DNA of 32,000 nucleotides from Desulfobacteraceae bacterium (lineage in GTDB: Bacteria > Desulfobacterota > DSM-4660 > Desulfatiglandales > HGW-15), in contig JASFHE010000003.1 in the NCBI GenBank assembly GCA_050123415.1, forward strand, positions 7,794-39,793, read 5' to 3'. The notes below the pieces were generated by a model that saw only the letters and a list, made by a program, of their open reading frames with translations, was not told where the DNA came from and searched no databases. A program made the position numbers and the translations under genes. Positions 1 through 7,445 of the stretch are shown here, one piece after another. Numbering within the stretch: position 1 is the stretch's first letter; the number at the start of each line of letters is the position of its first letter.

Positions 1-976
1 TGTTTTTCTCTTCAGTAATATTTATTTCCGTATCGGGAGTTACAACCGTTTCTCCATCGGAGAATGGTGCCGGCTGACTCACATCCTTGTTCTCCTTGAT
101 CTCAACACTCAGGTTTCCATGAGCAATGGCTATCGGAGAGATCATGGCATTTTCTCCCATAATGACTGTTCCGGTTCTTTCCGAAAGAATAATTTTTGCC
201 TCCATATCAGGCTGTATCCGGATCTGTTCCAGTGATGCTACCAGGCTGACATGATTCCCGTTATAGGCCTGGGTGATGTCGACTGTAACAGTTCCTGCAT
301 CAACAGGTGTGGCTTTTATGGTTCCCATCTGACTGTTTATCGCGTCAGATATCCGCAGAGCGGTGGTAAAATCAGGATGGTCCAGCGCTATTGTCAGTTT
401 TTCCAGTGTGTTGAAATCAAATGGTACTTCTCTTTCAATCAGGCCGCCTCCCGGGATCCTGGCCACTGTAGGATGGTTTTTCGATACGCCTCCTCCTGCT
501 GCGCCTGAAGAGGCAAAACCGCCAACGAGCAGGGCACCCTGAGCTATTGCGTAAACATTATTGTCCGCACCTTTCAGGGGCGTCATTACCAGTGTACCGC
601 CCTGAAGACTTTTTGCATCACCTACGGATGATACAAGAACATCAAGTTTGCTCCCTTTTTTTGAAAAAGGAGGAAGGGTTGCCGTGACTATAACTGCGGC
701 TACGTTATCGACTTTTACTTTATCAGGAAGACTGTGAATGCCCAGACGTTCCATCATGTTTACAAGGGTTTGTGTCGTAAACTGAGTGGAAGCCCCGTCA
801 CCTGTTCCGTTCAGGCCGATAACAAGGCCATAGCCGATAAGCTGATTGCTTCTGACTCCCTTAAATGATGCAATATCTTTTATCCTGGCCCCGGAGGCGC
901 ATGTGGCATATGCAGATAATACCAGCACTGTAAGTATTATTGTTTTTGTCCGGGATATTTTATTAGCTGATTTCAT
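1..976 (-). CDS. flgI: Flagellar P-ring protein FlgI (partial; C-terminus lies beyond the window edge)
   Basis: ATG at 974-976 follows a GGAGGAG SD (980-986), and the frame stays open to position 1. My translation starts MKSANKISRTKTIILTVLVLSAYATCASGARIKDIASFKGVRSNQLIGYGLVIGLNGTGDGASTQFTTQTLVNMMERLGI. That is a signal peptide followed by the canonical FlgI N-terminus. The ORF track omits it because it is truncated. Confidence 0.9.
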   Translation of the reverse strand, partial: MKSANKISRTKTIILTVLVLSAYATCASGARIKDIASFKGVRSNQLIGYGLVIGLNGTGDGASTQFTTQTLVNMMERLGIHSLPDKVKVDNVAAVIVTATLPPFSKKGSKLDVLVSSVGDAKSLQGGTLVMTPLKGADNNVYAIAQGALLVGGFASSGAAGGGVSKNHPTVARIPGGGLIEREVPFDFNTLEKLTIALDHPDFTTALRISDAINSQMGTIKATPVDAGTVTVDITQAYNGNHVSLVASLEQIRIQPDMEAKIILSERTGTVIMGENAMISPIAIAHGNLSVEIKENKDVSQPAPFSDGETVVTPDTEINITEEKN

Positions 977-987
977 TTTCTCCTCCA

Positions 988-1731
988 TTAGAATGGCCAA
1001 ATAGTATCTACTGCCCTTGTAAGCCATCCCGGACGCTGTTTGTCGCTTATCGCGCCGCTGCCGAGGTACTCTATCTTAGCGTTTCCTATATAGCTTGAAA
1101 GTATTGTATTATCCGGTGATATATCAACTGGTCTGATTAATCCCGAAAGGACTATTATCTGGGTTTCACTGTTTACACGTATCTCCCTGGTGCCTTCGAT
1201 ATGCAGGTTTCCGTTTGGCATTACATCAATTACCCTGGCAGTGATAGAGGCTTTCATATCGTCGCCCCTTGAAGTGGAGCCTGAGCCGTCAAACAGGTTT
1301 GTCATGGATCCCTTGAGCATATTTGTATTGTTATAGGCATTCCGGACGTCACTTTTTCCAAATGAAGTAAGGTTCTTCATTCTTCCTTCCCAGCCAAGAA
1401 TATTATCAATACCCGCGTTCATGGATGAATTTCTGCTTGTCTGGGTTTTTGCGGATTTGCTCGCGCTTGATGTCTCAACAATATTTATCGTAACAAGATC
1501 TCCTACCTTATACGCGCGCAGGTCCTGAAAATAATCCCTTGAATCCATTTCATTCCATATGCCTGCCAGGGAGACCGGATCTCTCTTGACAAGATCTCTT
1601 TCAAAGGTCCCTGTCCGTAAGACCGGCATGGTTGCGGGCGCGATATTCTGTTTCTGGGGCTGAACCCCGGTGCAGCCCGATACTATTATGATACAAAGGA
1701 TTCCTGCGATTTTATGTGTTATTTTTAACAT
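988..1731 (-). CDS. flgH: Flagellar L-ring lipoprotein FlgH
   Basis: 247 aa with an ATG start. It has a lipoprotein signal ending in the lipobox VSGC. FlgH-type motifs are present: DLVTINIVE, VIDVMPNGNLHIEGTREIRVN, LSGLIRPVDISPDNTILS. It sits between flgA and flgI. Confidence 0.93.
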   Translation of the reverse strand: MLKITHKIAGILCIIIVSGCTGVQPQKQNIAPATMPVLRTGTFERDLVKRDPVSLAGIWNEMDSRDYFQDLRAYKVGDLVTINIVETSSASKSAKTQTSRNSSMNAGIDNILGWEGRMKNLTSFGKSDVRNAYNNTNMLKGSMTNLFDGSGSTSRGDDMKASITARVIDVMPNGNLHIEGTREIRVNSETQIIVLSGLIRPVDISPDNTILSSYIGNAKIEYLGSGAISDKQRPGWLTRAVDTIWPF

Positions 1732-1785
1732 TAAATGCCCCCGGAAAATTACTATTGTGTTTTTCTCTCAGTCTGATGACTTTTA

Positions 1786-2772
1786 TCAGAACCGGACCTC
1801 TACAAGGTCTGTTCTTCTGACAGTCGCTATTATTTCCCTGCCGCTGCTTATATTCATGACGCGGATCTGGTCTCCGACACAACCTTCTTCAAGGGCCTTG
1901 CCCGAGGCTGTTATTAAAAGCTGGTTATTTTCCGCCTTGATTATTACCCGGTCACCCTTTTCAACAGCAGGCGGGACTTCAAACATCCCGGCCTTGATCA
2001 TTTGATCTGCCTGGATCCTGCGGGTTGCCCTTTTTCCTGTTACATCTTTTTTGCTGGTTACGATGCCTCTTTTAGAATATTTCATTTTTTCCGAAACCAG
2101 GGTGATATCTCCTGCCGATATAATTTCACCTGACCTGATGTCCCTTGCGGCCTTAACGACTTCTCTTATTACGCTTATTTTACCTGATACAATTGTTTTT
2201 CTCAGAGAATCACCATTCACCCTGAAATCAATCATCAAAGAAAAGTTGCCGATAAAATTTCTGTTCTGCTTTTCATCTATTTCCCAGTCGAGGTCTCCTT
2301 TTGGAAGGGCAATCGATGCAGGTGAATTAATCCTTTCAATAACAATCCGGTCTCTTTCCCATGGCGCGTTATCCAGGACATAATCGCGGAATATCTCTTC
2401 AATGATTTCCGCCTTTATTATCTGGGCGGTCCTCTCAACGGTTATAGTCTCAGGAACCGAAAGCCTGATATCCTTTTCCGCGTTGATTAAATGTTCCACC
2501 TTGTACATTACCAGGTCTCTGTTCAATCTGCGGAATGTGGCAGGAGAAGGGGATGCTGTTATTTCAATTGATTTCAGTTTGCTTACACGGCTGTCATTTG
2601 CCGGATGAAATGTGGCGATGTCCCCGAGATGAACCATGCCTCCATCAATCTCCAGCCTGTCCTTTACATTTATCTCCAGTGCAAAACATGTTGAAGAGAA
2701 AATTATGCAAAGCACCATGAAGATCTTCAGGATTAACAATGATTTGATATGCACACTATTTTGATTGGTCAT
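1786..2772 (-). CDS. flgA: Flagellar P-ring assembly chaperone FlgA (long form, 328 aa)
   Basis: N-terminal signal peptide. The C-terminal SAF-like region (VEKGDRVIIKAENNQLLITASGKALEEGCVGDQIRVMNISSGREIIATV) is typical of FlgA. Its position between flgG and flgH is conserved. Confidence 0.85.
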   Translation of the reverse strand: MTNQNSVHIKSLLILKIFMVLCIIFSSTCFALEINVKDRLEIDGGMVHLGDIATFHPANDSRVSKLKSIEITASPSPATFRRLNRDLVMYKVEHLINAEKDIRLSVPETITVERTAQIIKAEIIEEIFRDYVLDNAPWERDRIVIERINSPASIALPKGDLDWEIDEKQNRNFIGNFSLMIDFRVNGDSLRKTIVSGKISVIREVVKAARDIRSGEIISAGDITLVSEKMKYSKRGIVTSKKDVTGKRATRRIQADQMIKAGMFEVPPAVEKGDRVIIKAENNQLLITASGKALEEGCVGDQIRVMNISSGREIIATVRRTDLVEVRF

Positions 2773-2782
2773 GATTTTAACC

Positions 2783-3568
2783 CTATCTCTTTATATTGTT
2801 TGCCATCTGCATCATTTCATCTGCGGCCCTGATTGACTTGGATGATATTTCATAGGCGCGCTGACCGGCTATCATGTTTACCATTTCTTCCACAACATCA
2901 ACATTTGACATTTCCAGTGAGCCCTGAACCACAGTGCCAAGCCCGTCAACACCCGGATTGCCCTCAACCGGATCACCCGAAGCTTCTGTCGGACTGTAAT
3001 AGTTGCCGCCAAGGCTTTTCATCCCTGAGGGATTGACAAAATTGTACAGGGTCAGTTGCGCGGTAGCTGTAACCGTGCTGCCGTCCGCTTCCATTGCCAC
3101 CAGTGATCCGCCGCTGTCAATGGTGAATGTTACGGAATTGGATGGTATTGATACTTCAGGCTGAAGCCTGTCTCCCTGGGAGGTGACAATGTATCCCTCG
3201 GAATCAAGCTTGAATGAACCGGCCCGTGTGTACACCTCTTCACCGTTGCTTATGATCCTGAAAAAGCCGTTTCCCTCAATTGCCATGTCTAGGGGATTTC
3301 CTGTCTGGGTGAAATCTCCCTGTGAAAATATTTTTTGTACGGAAACAGGCCTTGTACCCATACCTATCTGGATACCGGTGGGTATCTGACCGCCGGAACT
3401 GGTGTCTGCCCCCGGTGATTTAAGGTTCTGATACAGAAGGTCCTCAAAATCGGCACGGCTTTTCTTAAATCCGCTTGTATTAACATTTGCAAGATTCTGT
3501 GCGATTACATCCATATTGAGTTTTTGGGCTGACATGCCTGAAGCGGCTGTCCAAAGGCTTCTAATCAT
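2783..3568 (-). CDS. flgG: Flagellar distal rod protein FlgG
   Basis: 261 aa. N-terminus MIRSLWTAASGMSAQKLNMDVIAQNLANVNTSGFKK and C-terminus SNVDVVEEMVNMIAGQRAYEISSKSIRAADEMMQMANNIKR are the conserved rod/hook terminal helices. SD GGAGAA lies upstream of the ATG at 3568. Confidence 0.93.
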   Translation of the reverse strand: MIRSLWTAASGMSAQKLNMDVIAQNLANVNTSGFKKSRADFEDLLYQNLKSPGADTSSGGQIPTGIQIGMGTRPVSVQKIFSQGDFTQTGNPLDMAIEGNGFFRIISNGEEVYTRAGSFKLDSEGYIVTSQGDRLQPEVSIPSNSVTFTIDSGGSLVAMEADGSTVTATAQLTLYNFVNPSGMKSLGGNYYSPTEASGDPVEGNPGVDGLGTVVQGSLEMSNVDVVEEMVNMIAGQRAYEISSKSIRAADEMMQMANNIKR

Positions 3569-3623
3569 TTCCTGTTCTCCTTGTTTTATTTACTTTTTGA
3601 GTCATTTTATTTTTTATTAATTT

Positions 3624-4337
3624 TTATCTTAATCTGCCGACCTGGTTTATGGCCCTGTTGTTAAGCTCATCAATAACCCTCATGGATTTCTGATAGGACT
3701 CAAAGGCCCTTAGGGCATGAATCATATTGATCATTTCTTCGGCAGCATTTACATTCGACAGTTCGGTATATCCCTGGCTTACAATCGTTTCTGAAGGCAT
3801 ATCCATTTCGGGTAGTTCCTGCGTATTCATAAAGAGATTTTTACCTGCCTTTACAATTCCCTGATAATCTTCAAAATCTACAATGGCCAGCTGGTCGAGC
3901 GGGCCGGTATCTGTTAAAAGGAATCCCTTTTTGTCCATTGTGAGGTCATTTCCGATAATTTTGATCGGGCCTGATTTCCCCAATACCTTGTCGCCGCTGT
4001 GAGTGATCAGATTTCCCTCGACATCAAGAGTGAAATTGCCTTTTCTTGTATATCTGATACCGTCTTCGGTCTGTATCTTAAAGAATCCTTTACCTGATAT
4101 GGCAAAATCCAGTTCGTTTCCGGTCGCTCTTATATCTCCCTGCTCCATATCGGGTCTGATAGTTACATTTGCGGGTGCGTCAGCGGTAACTGCCGCCTGG
4201 TTCAGGATTTTTTGAAAGGAAATCCTGTCTTTTTTGTAGCCGATAACGTTGATGTTGGCGAGGTTGCCGGAGAGAATATCCATTCTCAGTTCCTCTTTCA
4301 TACAACCTCTGGAAGATTCAAGCATTCCGTTTATCAT
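3624..4337 (-). CDS. flgF: Flagellar proximal rod protein (FlgF/FlgG family)
   Basis: Rod-protein motifs: ILSGNLANINVIGYKKDR near the N-terminus and SNVNAAEEMINMIHALRAFESYQKSMRVIDELNNRAI near the C-terminus. I place the start at ATG 4335-4337 (MINGM...). It has a perfect AGGAGG SD at 4343-4348, and the sigma-54 promoter at 4379-4394 would start transcription downstream of the ORF-track ATG at 4376. Confidence 0.85.
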   Translation of the reverse strand: MINGMLESSRGCMKEELRMDILSGNLANINVIGYKKDRISFQKILNQAAVTADAPANVTIRPDMEQGDIRATGNELDFAISGKGFFKIQTEDGIRYTRKGNFTLDVEGNLITHSGDKVLGKSGPIKIIGNDLTMDKKGFLLTDTGPLDQLAIVDFEDYQGIVKAGKNLFMNTQELPEMDMPSETIVSQGYTELSNVNAAEEMINMIHALRAFESYQKSMRVIDELNNRAINQVGRLR

Positions 4338-4378
4338 CTTTGCCTCCTGGTAATTTGATGACCGTTGCCAATACATAT

Positions 4379-4394
4379 AGCAATTATCATACCA
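4379..4394 (-). promoter_or_regulatory. Sigma-54 (-24/-12) promoter of the flgF-flgG-flgA-flgH-flgI unit
   Basis: The minus strand reads TGGTAT-gataa-TTGCT against the consensus TGGCAC-N5-TTGCW. GG-N10-GC spacing is exact. The -12 C lies 43 nt upstream of ATG 4337. Confidence 0.7.
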
Positions 4395-4802
4395 TTACTC
4401 CTGCCCGGATTTATGTCCGGGGAACAACCTGTAACTTGTAGAAATTAAAGAGAAAATTAGATTTTATAACGAAACGTCGAATTATGGCTTTTTATATGGA
4501 ACTGTCAGATATGAAGACCTTTCCCCCTGACCGGCAAATATTTCCCGGTTTAAAGCCTGAAACCGGAAAAAACTTTGAACCAAATCATGGCTGTAAATCG
4601 CCAAATGCCTGAAAGAACACCTTCTTTCCCTGATTTATTCATTGGATTTTTAAAATGGCATAGAATTTGAACTGCTACTCAGCGAAATGTTTTTTATTCC
4701 GTTAGAGACGAAAGATGTAACCGGAGGAGTATAAGGGGCAGGTTTGTCTTCAGTCGAGGCGGAGTAATTTATTCATAACTTGGCCTGAGAGGAGACAGCA
4801 AA

Positions 4803-5225
4803 ATGCGCTACAGGTTTATTTCCCTTGTCTTTTGCGTGGGGGTGTGCCTGATGATACCGGCCTGTACACCGGGGGTGTATGTGAAAATGGATTCTACAGC
4901 CCCTGAACGCAATCCCGTATTCATCGGCATGAAAAGACATGATGCAGAGCTGCATCTTGGAGACCCGATTTTTATTGCCCGCCTGAACGATGATCAATAC
5001 AGGGGGATATATGAATATGAGGCAGTCCCATGTGCCATGGATACCCTGGCCTACGATATAATGGACTTCACGACCCTTGGGTTCGGTAATCTTATTGTAA
5101 GTCCCCTGGACAGGTCCAAAGGAAGCAGGCATCTTGTTGCTGTTGTGTATCAGATGGAAGACGAATATGTAAACAATGACAGGGTGGTGGACATTAAGGA
5201 AAAAATAAAGATTTCACTGGATTAA
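4803..5225 (+). CDS. Hypothetical lipoprotein with a BamE/SmpA-OmlA-like motif; the only plus-strand gene
   Basis: 140 aa. SD GAGAGGAGA lies 7 nt upstream of the ATG. The signal peptide MRYRFISLVFCVGVCLMIPAC ends in a Cys, consistent with a lipobox. The segment IGMKRHDAELHLGDPIFIARLNDDQYRGIYEYE resembles the GMT..V...LG.P......W.Y pattern of BamE-like proteins. The overlapping minus-strand ORF 4773-5132 has junk-like composition. Confidence 0.6.
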   Translation: MRYRFISLVFCVGVCLMIPACTPGVYVKMDSTAPERNPVFIGMKRHDAELHLGDPIFIARLNDDQYRGIYEYEAVPCAMDTLAYDIMDFTTLGFGNLIVSPLDRSKGSRHLVAVVYQMEDEYVNNDRVVDIKEKIKISLD

Positions 5226-5238
5226 GGCCTGGAATGAA

Positions 5239-5523
5239 TTATCCGGTCTTCATCTTGTTATTAATACGGTAGGCAAAGGCCAGTATTTCGGCAACCGCGC
5301 GGTATAATTCCGGAGGAATCTCGTCATAAAAATCAAGCTGAGCAAGGGCGGTTACCAGGTCCGGGTCCTCGGTAATGGGTATACCTTCCTTTTCTGCCAG
5401 TTCAAGTATCTTTTCCGCAATGCGGCCTGTACCCTTTGCTGTGATCCGGGGGGCAGTGTCTTTTTCCCTGTCATATTTCAGGGCAACGGCTTTTTTAATT
5501 TTTTCCTTGTAATTTTCTTCCAT
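5239..5523 (-). CDS. Standalone FlhB C-terminal (CC) subdomain homolog (FlhX/YlqH-type, EscU/YscU/HrcU family fragment)
   Basis: 94 aa. The sequence KKAVALKYDREKDTAPRITAKGTGRIAEKILELAEKEGIPITEDPDLVTALAQLDFYDEIPPELYRAVAEILAFAY aligns colinearly with the post-NPTH part of FlhB in this window (LSIALKYKPDEDMKAPVIVAKGANNIAFRIREIAVKHNIPMMENKPLAQNLYKLELGTEIPPQFYQAVAEILAYVY). It has no TM domain and no NPTH motif. Confidence 0.85.
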   Translation of the reverse strand: MEENYKEKIKKAVALKYDREKDTAPRITAKGTGRIAEKILELAEKEGIPITEDPDLVTALAQLDFYDEIPPELYRAVAEILAFAYRINNKMKTG

Positions 5524-5533
5524 AAAAATGTGC

Positions 5534-6604
5534 CTAAATTACAATATCCACGGATGAATTATTATCCGTTTCCACAGTATCGGAAGCAATTATTTTTTCC
5601 TTAACTTCACAGCGTATATTACTGATATTTATGTCCATATTCCTGAATGCTTCTTCAAGTTCGCTGATGCTTTCGGTTATGAATCCTTTTGTTTCCTCTT
5701 TCTCAACATCAATCTGTATCCCTACAGTATCTTTTATTATGGACACATCTATGTTCATCTTACCCGCAAAGCGCATATCAAGAAATAATGAAAAGTGCAG
5801 TGAGCCTTCCTTATTCTCTTTTACAAAGAATTCGGACGATAAAAAGTCATCATCATTAATGAAGGGCAGGTGTATAAACCAGCCAAGATCTTCTCTCATG
5901 GTATTGAGGTTCATGATCTGTTCCTGCTCAATATGATTCAGGGCCTCCCGCACCTTCATCGAAAGAGCCTTCATTCCCTCCTGGTCGACTGAGGTTTTTT
6001 CAATATTTTTCAGCAATTTTAAAAGCAGACCCTTCAGGTCGGTATCTGCCATTTCCTTTTGCATTAAAACCTTTTTTCCTGTAAGTACCTGTAAAACTTT
6101 TGATTCCCAGAAAATACCGCTTCCCCGGATATTTTTGTTGACCCAGGGGAGAATCTCCGTGATGTCTTTTTTAAGAACAGGGGAATTAACCAGATTCTGG
6201 AGTTTAACTATCAGGTTTGAGGCCTGTGAAGGAAGATTTTTAACAGTCCGGGAATTAACCAGCACAGAGAGCGCGTCAGTGAGTCTGCGTCCGACCGTAT
6301 TGGCTGAGGAGAAAAGTTTAGTGATATTTCCGGCTGCGTTGGTATCGATCTCAAGTACCTTGAGCTCTATCTTACTTTTCGATGAAAGGACTATAAAATT
6401 GTAATTCTTATTATCTTTTAGAGGGAACGCTGAATGGGCCCTGAAGTTTTTACCTCCGGAGGAAATTATAAAATCTCCGTCCTTCAGTTTTTGAATTACA
6501 GTTCCTTTTATCAATGTTCCCTGTTTCAGCGGTATATCCGATTTTTTATTATTGCCTTCAGGTGTGGTTTTGACCGGACTGTTAGTTTGAATGGGACGGA
6601 GCAT
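5534..6604 (-). CDS. FliK-like protein with a hook-length-control C-terminal-like domain; second copy in the window
   Basis: 356 aa. The C-terminal segment LHFSLFLDMRFAGKMNIDVSIIKDTVGIQIDVEKEETKGFITESISELEEAFRNMDINISNIRCEV follows the same pattern as the FliK C-terminus in this window (LQITPPDLGKLDIDLTIKNGHIHASLGTENAVVKEIIEANLNQLKQQLNDQGLTVDRFDV). It also carries an SGIFWESKV motif, which I recall (as SGLFYES) from FliK-like proteins encoded beside FlhB-like genes. The stop is 10 bp upstream of the FlhB-CC-like gene. Confidence 0.6.
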   Translation of the reverse strand: MLRPIQTNSPVKTTPEGNNKKSDIPLKQGTLIKGTVIQKLKDGDFIISSGGKNFRAHSAFPLKDNKNYNFIVLSSKSKIELKVLEIDTNAAGNITKLFSSANTVGRRLTDALSVLVNSRTVKNLPSQASNLIVKLQNLVNSPVLKKDITEILPWVNKNIRGSGIFWESKVLQVLTGKKVLMQKEMADTDLKGLLLKLLKNIEKTSVDQEGMKALSMKVREALNHIEQEQIMNLNTMREDLGWFIHLPFINDDDFLSSEFFVKENKEGSLHFSLFLDMRFAGKMNIDVSIIKDTVGIQIDVEKEETKGFITESISELEEAFRNMDINISNIRCEVKEKIIASDTVETDNNSSVDIVI

Positions 6605-6624
6605 GGAATCAGACGGCCCCTTTC

Positions 6625-7110
6625 TTACGGATTGTTGACAGTATTACCCATCTGCCTGTTCTGTAATTTTATCAGCAGCTCAATTTCGCCTACGGATATT
6701 CCGAGTTGCTGAGCGATCTCCTGTTTTGAAAGCCCCTTTTTCAAAAGATCGTTCACTGATGTGCGTACCCTTCTGGAATCATGTTCGGAACCATAGGAAT
6801 GAACTGGGTGTGAACTGTATTCCTTTATTATGTTTTGCAGCTGATTATAAGACTGGTCCGCTTTTTTTAAAATATCATCCAGCTGCCCGAGCATTTTACG
6901 GCTTATTTCCTTTTTCTCTTCAAGGTTTTTATCAAGCTGCCTTGTCAGTTCTTTCATTTCAGCAAGTATCTTCTCGGGTTTTTCAAACACCGCGCTTAAA
7001 TCAATATTTTTTTTCCTCATCGCAAGGTGGCTTTTTAAAAACCACAGCAGGAGAAAAATAATAATAATCTCAATTGCTGTCTGCCCTATTACCCATGTCT
7101 CTATAGTCAT
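6625..7110 (-). CDS. Membrane-anchored coiled-coil protein with a C-terminal HTH-like segment (DUF2802-like)
   Basis: 161 aa. N-terminal TM helix (IGQTAIEIIIIFLLLWFL), then a K/E-rich helical middle. The C-terminus is LLKKGLSKQEIAQQLGISVGEIELLIKLQ. This architecture matches my recollection of DUF2802 proteins in gammaproteobacterial flagellar/che clusters. Not verified by search. Confidence 0.5.
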   Translation of the reverse strand: MTIETWVIGQTAIEIIIIFLLLWFLKSHLAMRKKNIDLSAVFEKPEKILAEMKELTRQLDKNLEEKKEISRKMLGQLDDILKKADQSYNQLQNIIKEYSSHPVHSYGSEHDSRRVRTSVNDLLKKGLSKQEIAQQLGISVGEIELLIKLQNRQMGNTVNNP

Positions 7111-7115
7111 AATAG

Positions 7116-7397
7116 CTATATTTTAAGATCAACCTTGGGGCACAGGGATTTCTTTTTCTTTATAAATCCGTAGCCCATCTGATCCTCACACTCCTTGTTA
7201 TCAGCTCTGTCATGTTCAATCTCAACCAGGACCGAATCATCATCTTCTCTATCTTCTCTGATTTTTTGCTCTTTTTCAGGTTTGTTCTGGTGTTTATTCT
7301 TTTTGTCCCTGGCCTTTCTTTTCTTCTCGATCTTCCATACTCCGCCCGGAGTATTTGATATTACGAGTGGCCTGTCTACTTTTGAAAAGTCGCTCAT
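7116..7397 (-). CDS. Small highly charged hypothetical protein (93 aa)
   Basis: Strong SD AAAGGAG lies 6 nt upstream of ATG 7395-7397. The sequence is K/R/E/D-rich (KKRKARDKKNKHQNKPEKEQKIREDREDDD). It is packed 5 bp from the next gene. I recognise no family. Confidence 0.5.
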   Translation of the reverse strand: MSDFSKVDRPLVISNTPGGVWKIEKKRKARDKKNKHQNKPEKEQKIREDREDDDSVLVEIEHDRADNKECEDQMGYGFIKKKKSLCPKVDLKI

Positions 7398-7445
7398 TTT
7401 GATCTCCTTTCTTTTAAAAAGGAGGGCAGGCTGTCACCCCGCTGA

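Noticed and set aside
815-840. GCCGATAA, the sigma-28 -10-like octamer, occurs at 815-822, 833-840, 2248-2255, 4239-4246 and 20037-20044.
   Set aside because: All copies are on the plus strand inside minus-strand coding regions, and none has a TAAA -35 element at the right spacing. I found no convincing sigma-28 promoter by eye. The scan was manual and not exhaustive.
4338-4376. 13-codon N-terminal extension of flgF (ORF-track start MYWQRSSNYQEAK).
   Set aside because: The sigma-54 promoter at 4379-4394 would initiate at about 4368-4370, downstream of that ATG. The internal ATG at 4337 has a perfect AGGAGG SD and gives a normal rod-protein N-terminus.
4404-4566. Short palindromes upstream of the flgF promoter: CCCGGAtttatgTCCGGG (4404-4421) and CCGGTTTaaagcctgAAACCGG (4545-4566).
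   Set aside because: The stems are short (6-7 bp), with no flanking U-tracts and no recurrence elsewhere in the window. They could be regulator sites, but nothing in the sequence distinguishes them from chance.
4656-4671. Plus-strand sigma-54-like sequence TGGCATagaatTTGAA, 132 nt upstream of the lipoprotein gene.
   Set aside because: The spacing is right, but the nearly invariant -12 GC is replaced by GA. I keep it only as a weak candidate, noted in the lipoprotein finding.
4773-5132. Minus-strand 119-aa ORF overlapping the plus-strand lipoprotein gene. It would keep all genes on one strand.
   Set aside because: The product (H/C/G/P-rich, no recognisable features) looks like a non-coding frame. 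The plus-strand ORF has a strong SD, a signal peptide with a Cys lipobox and a BamE-like motif.
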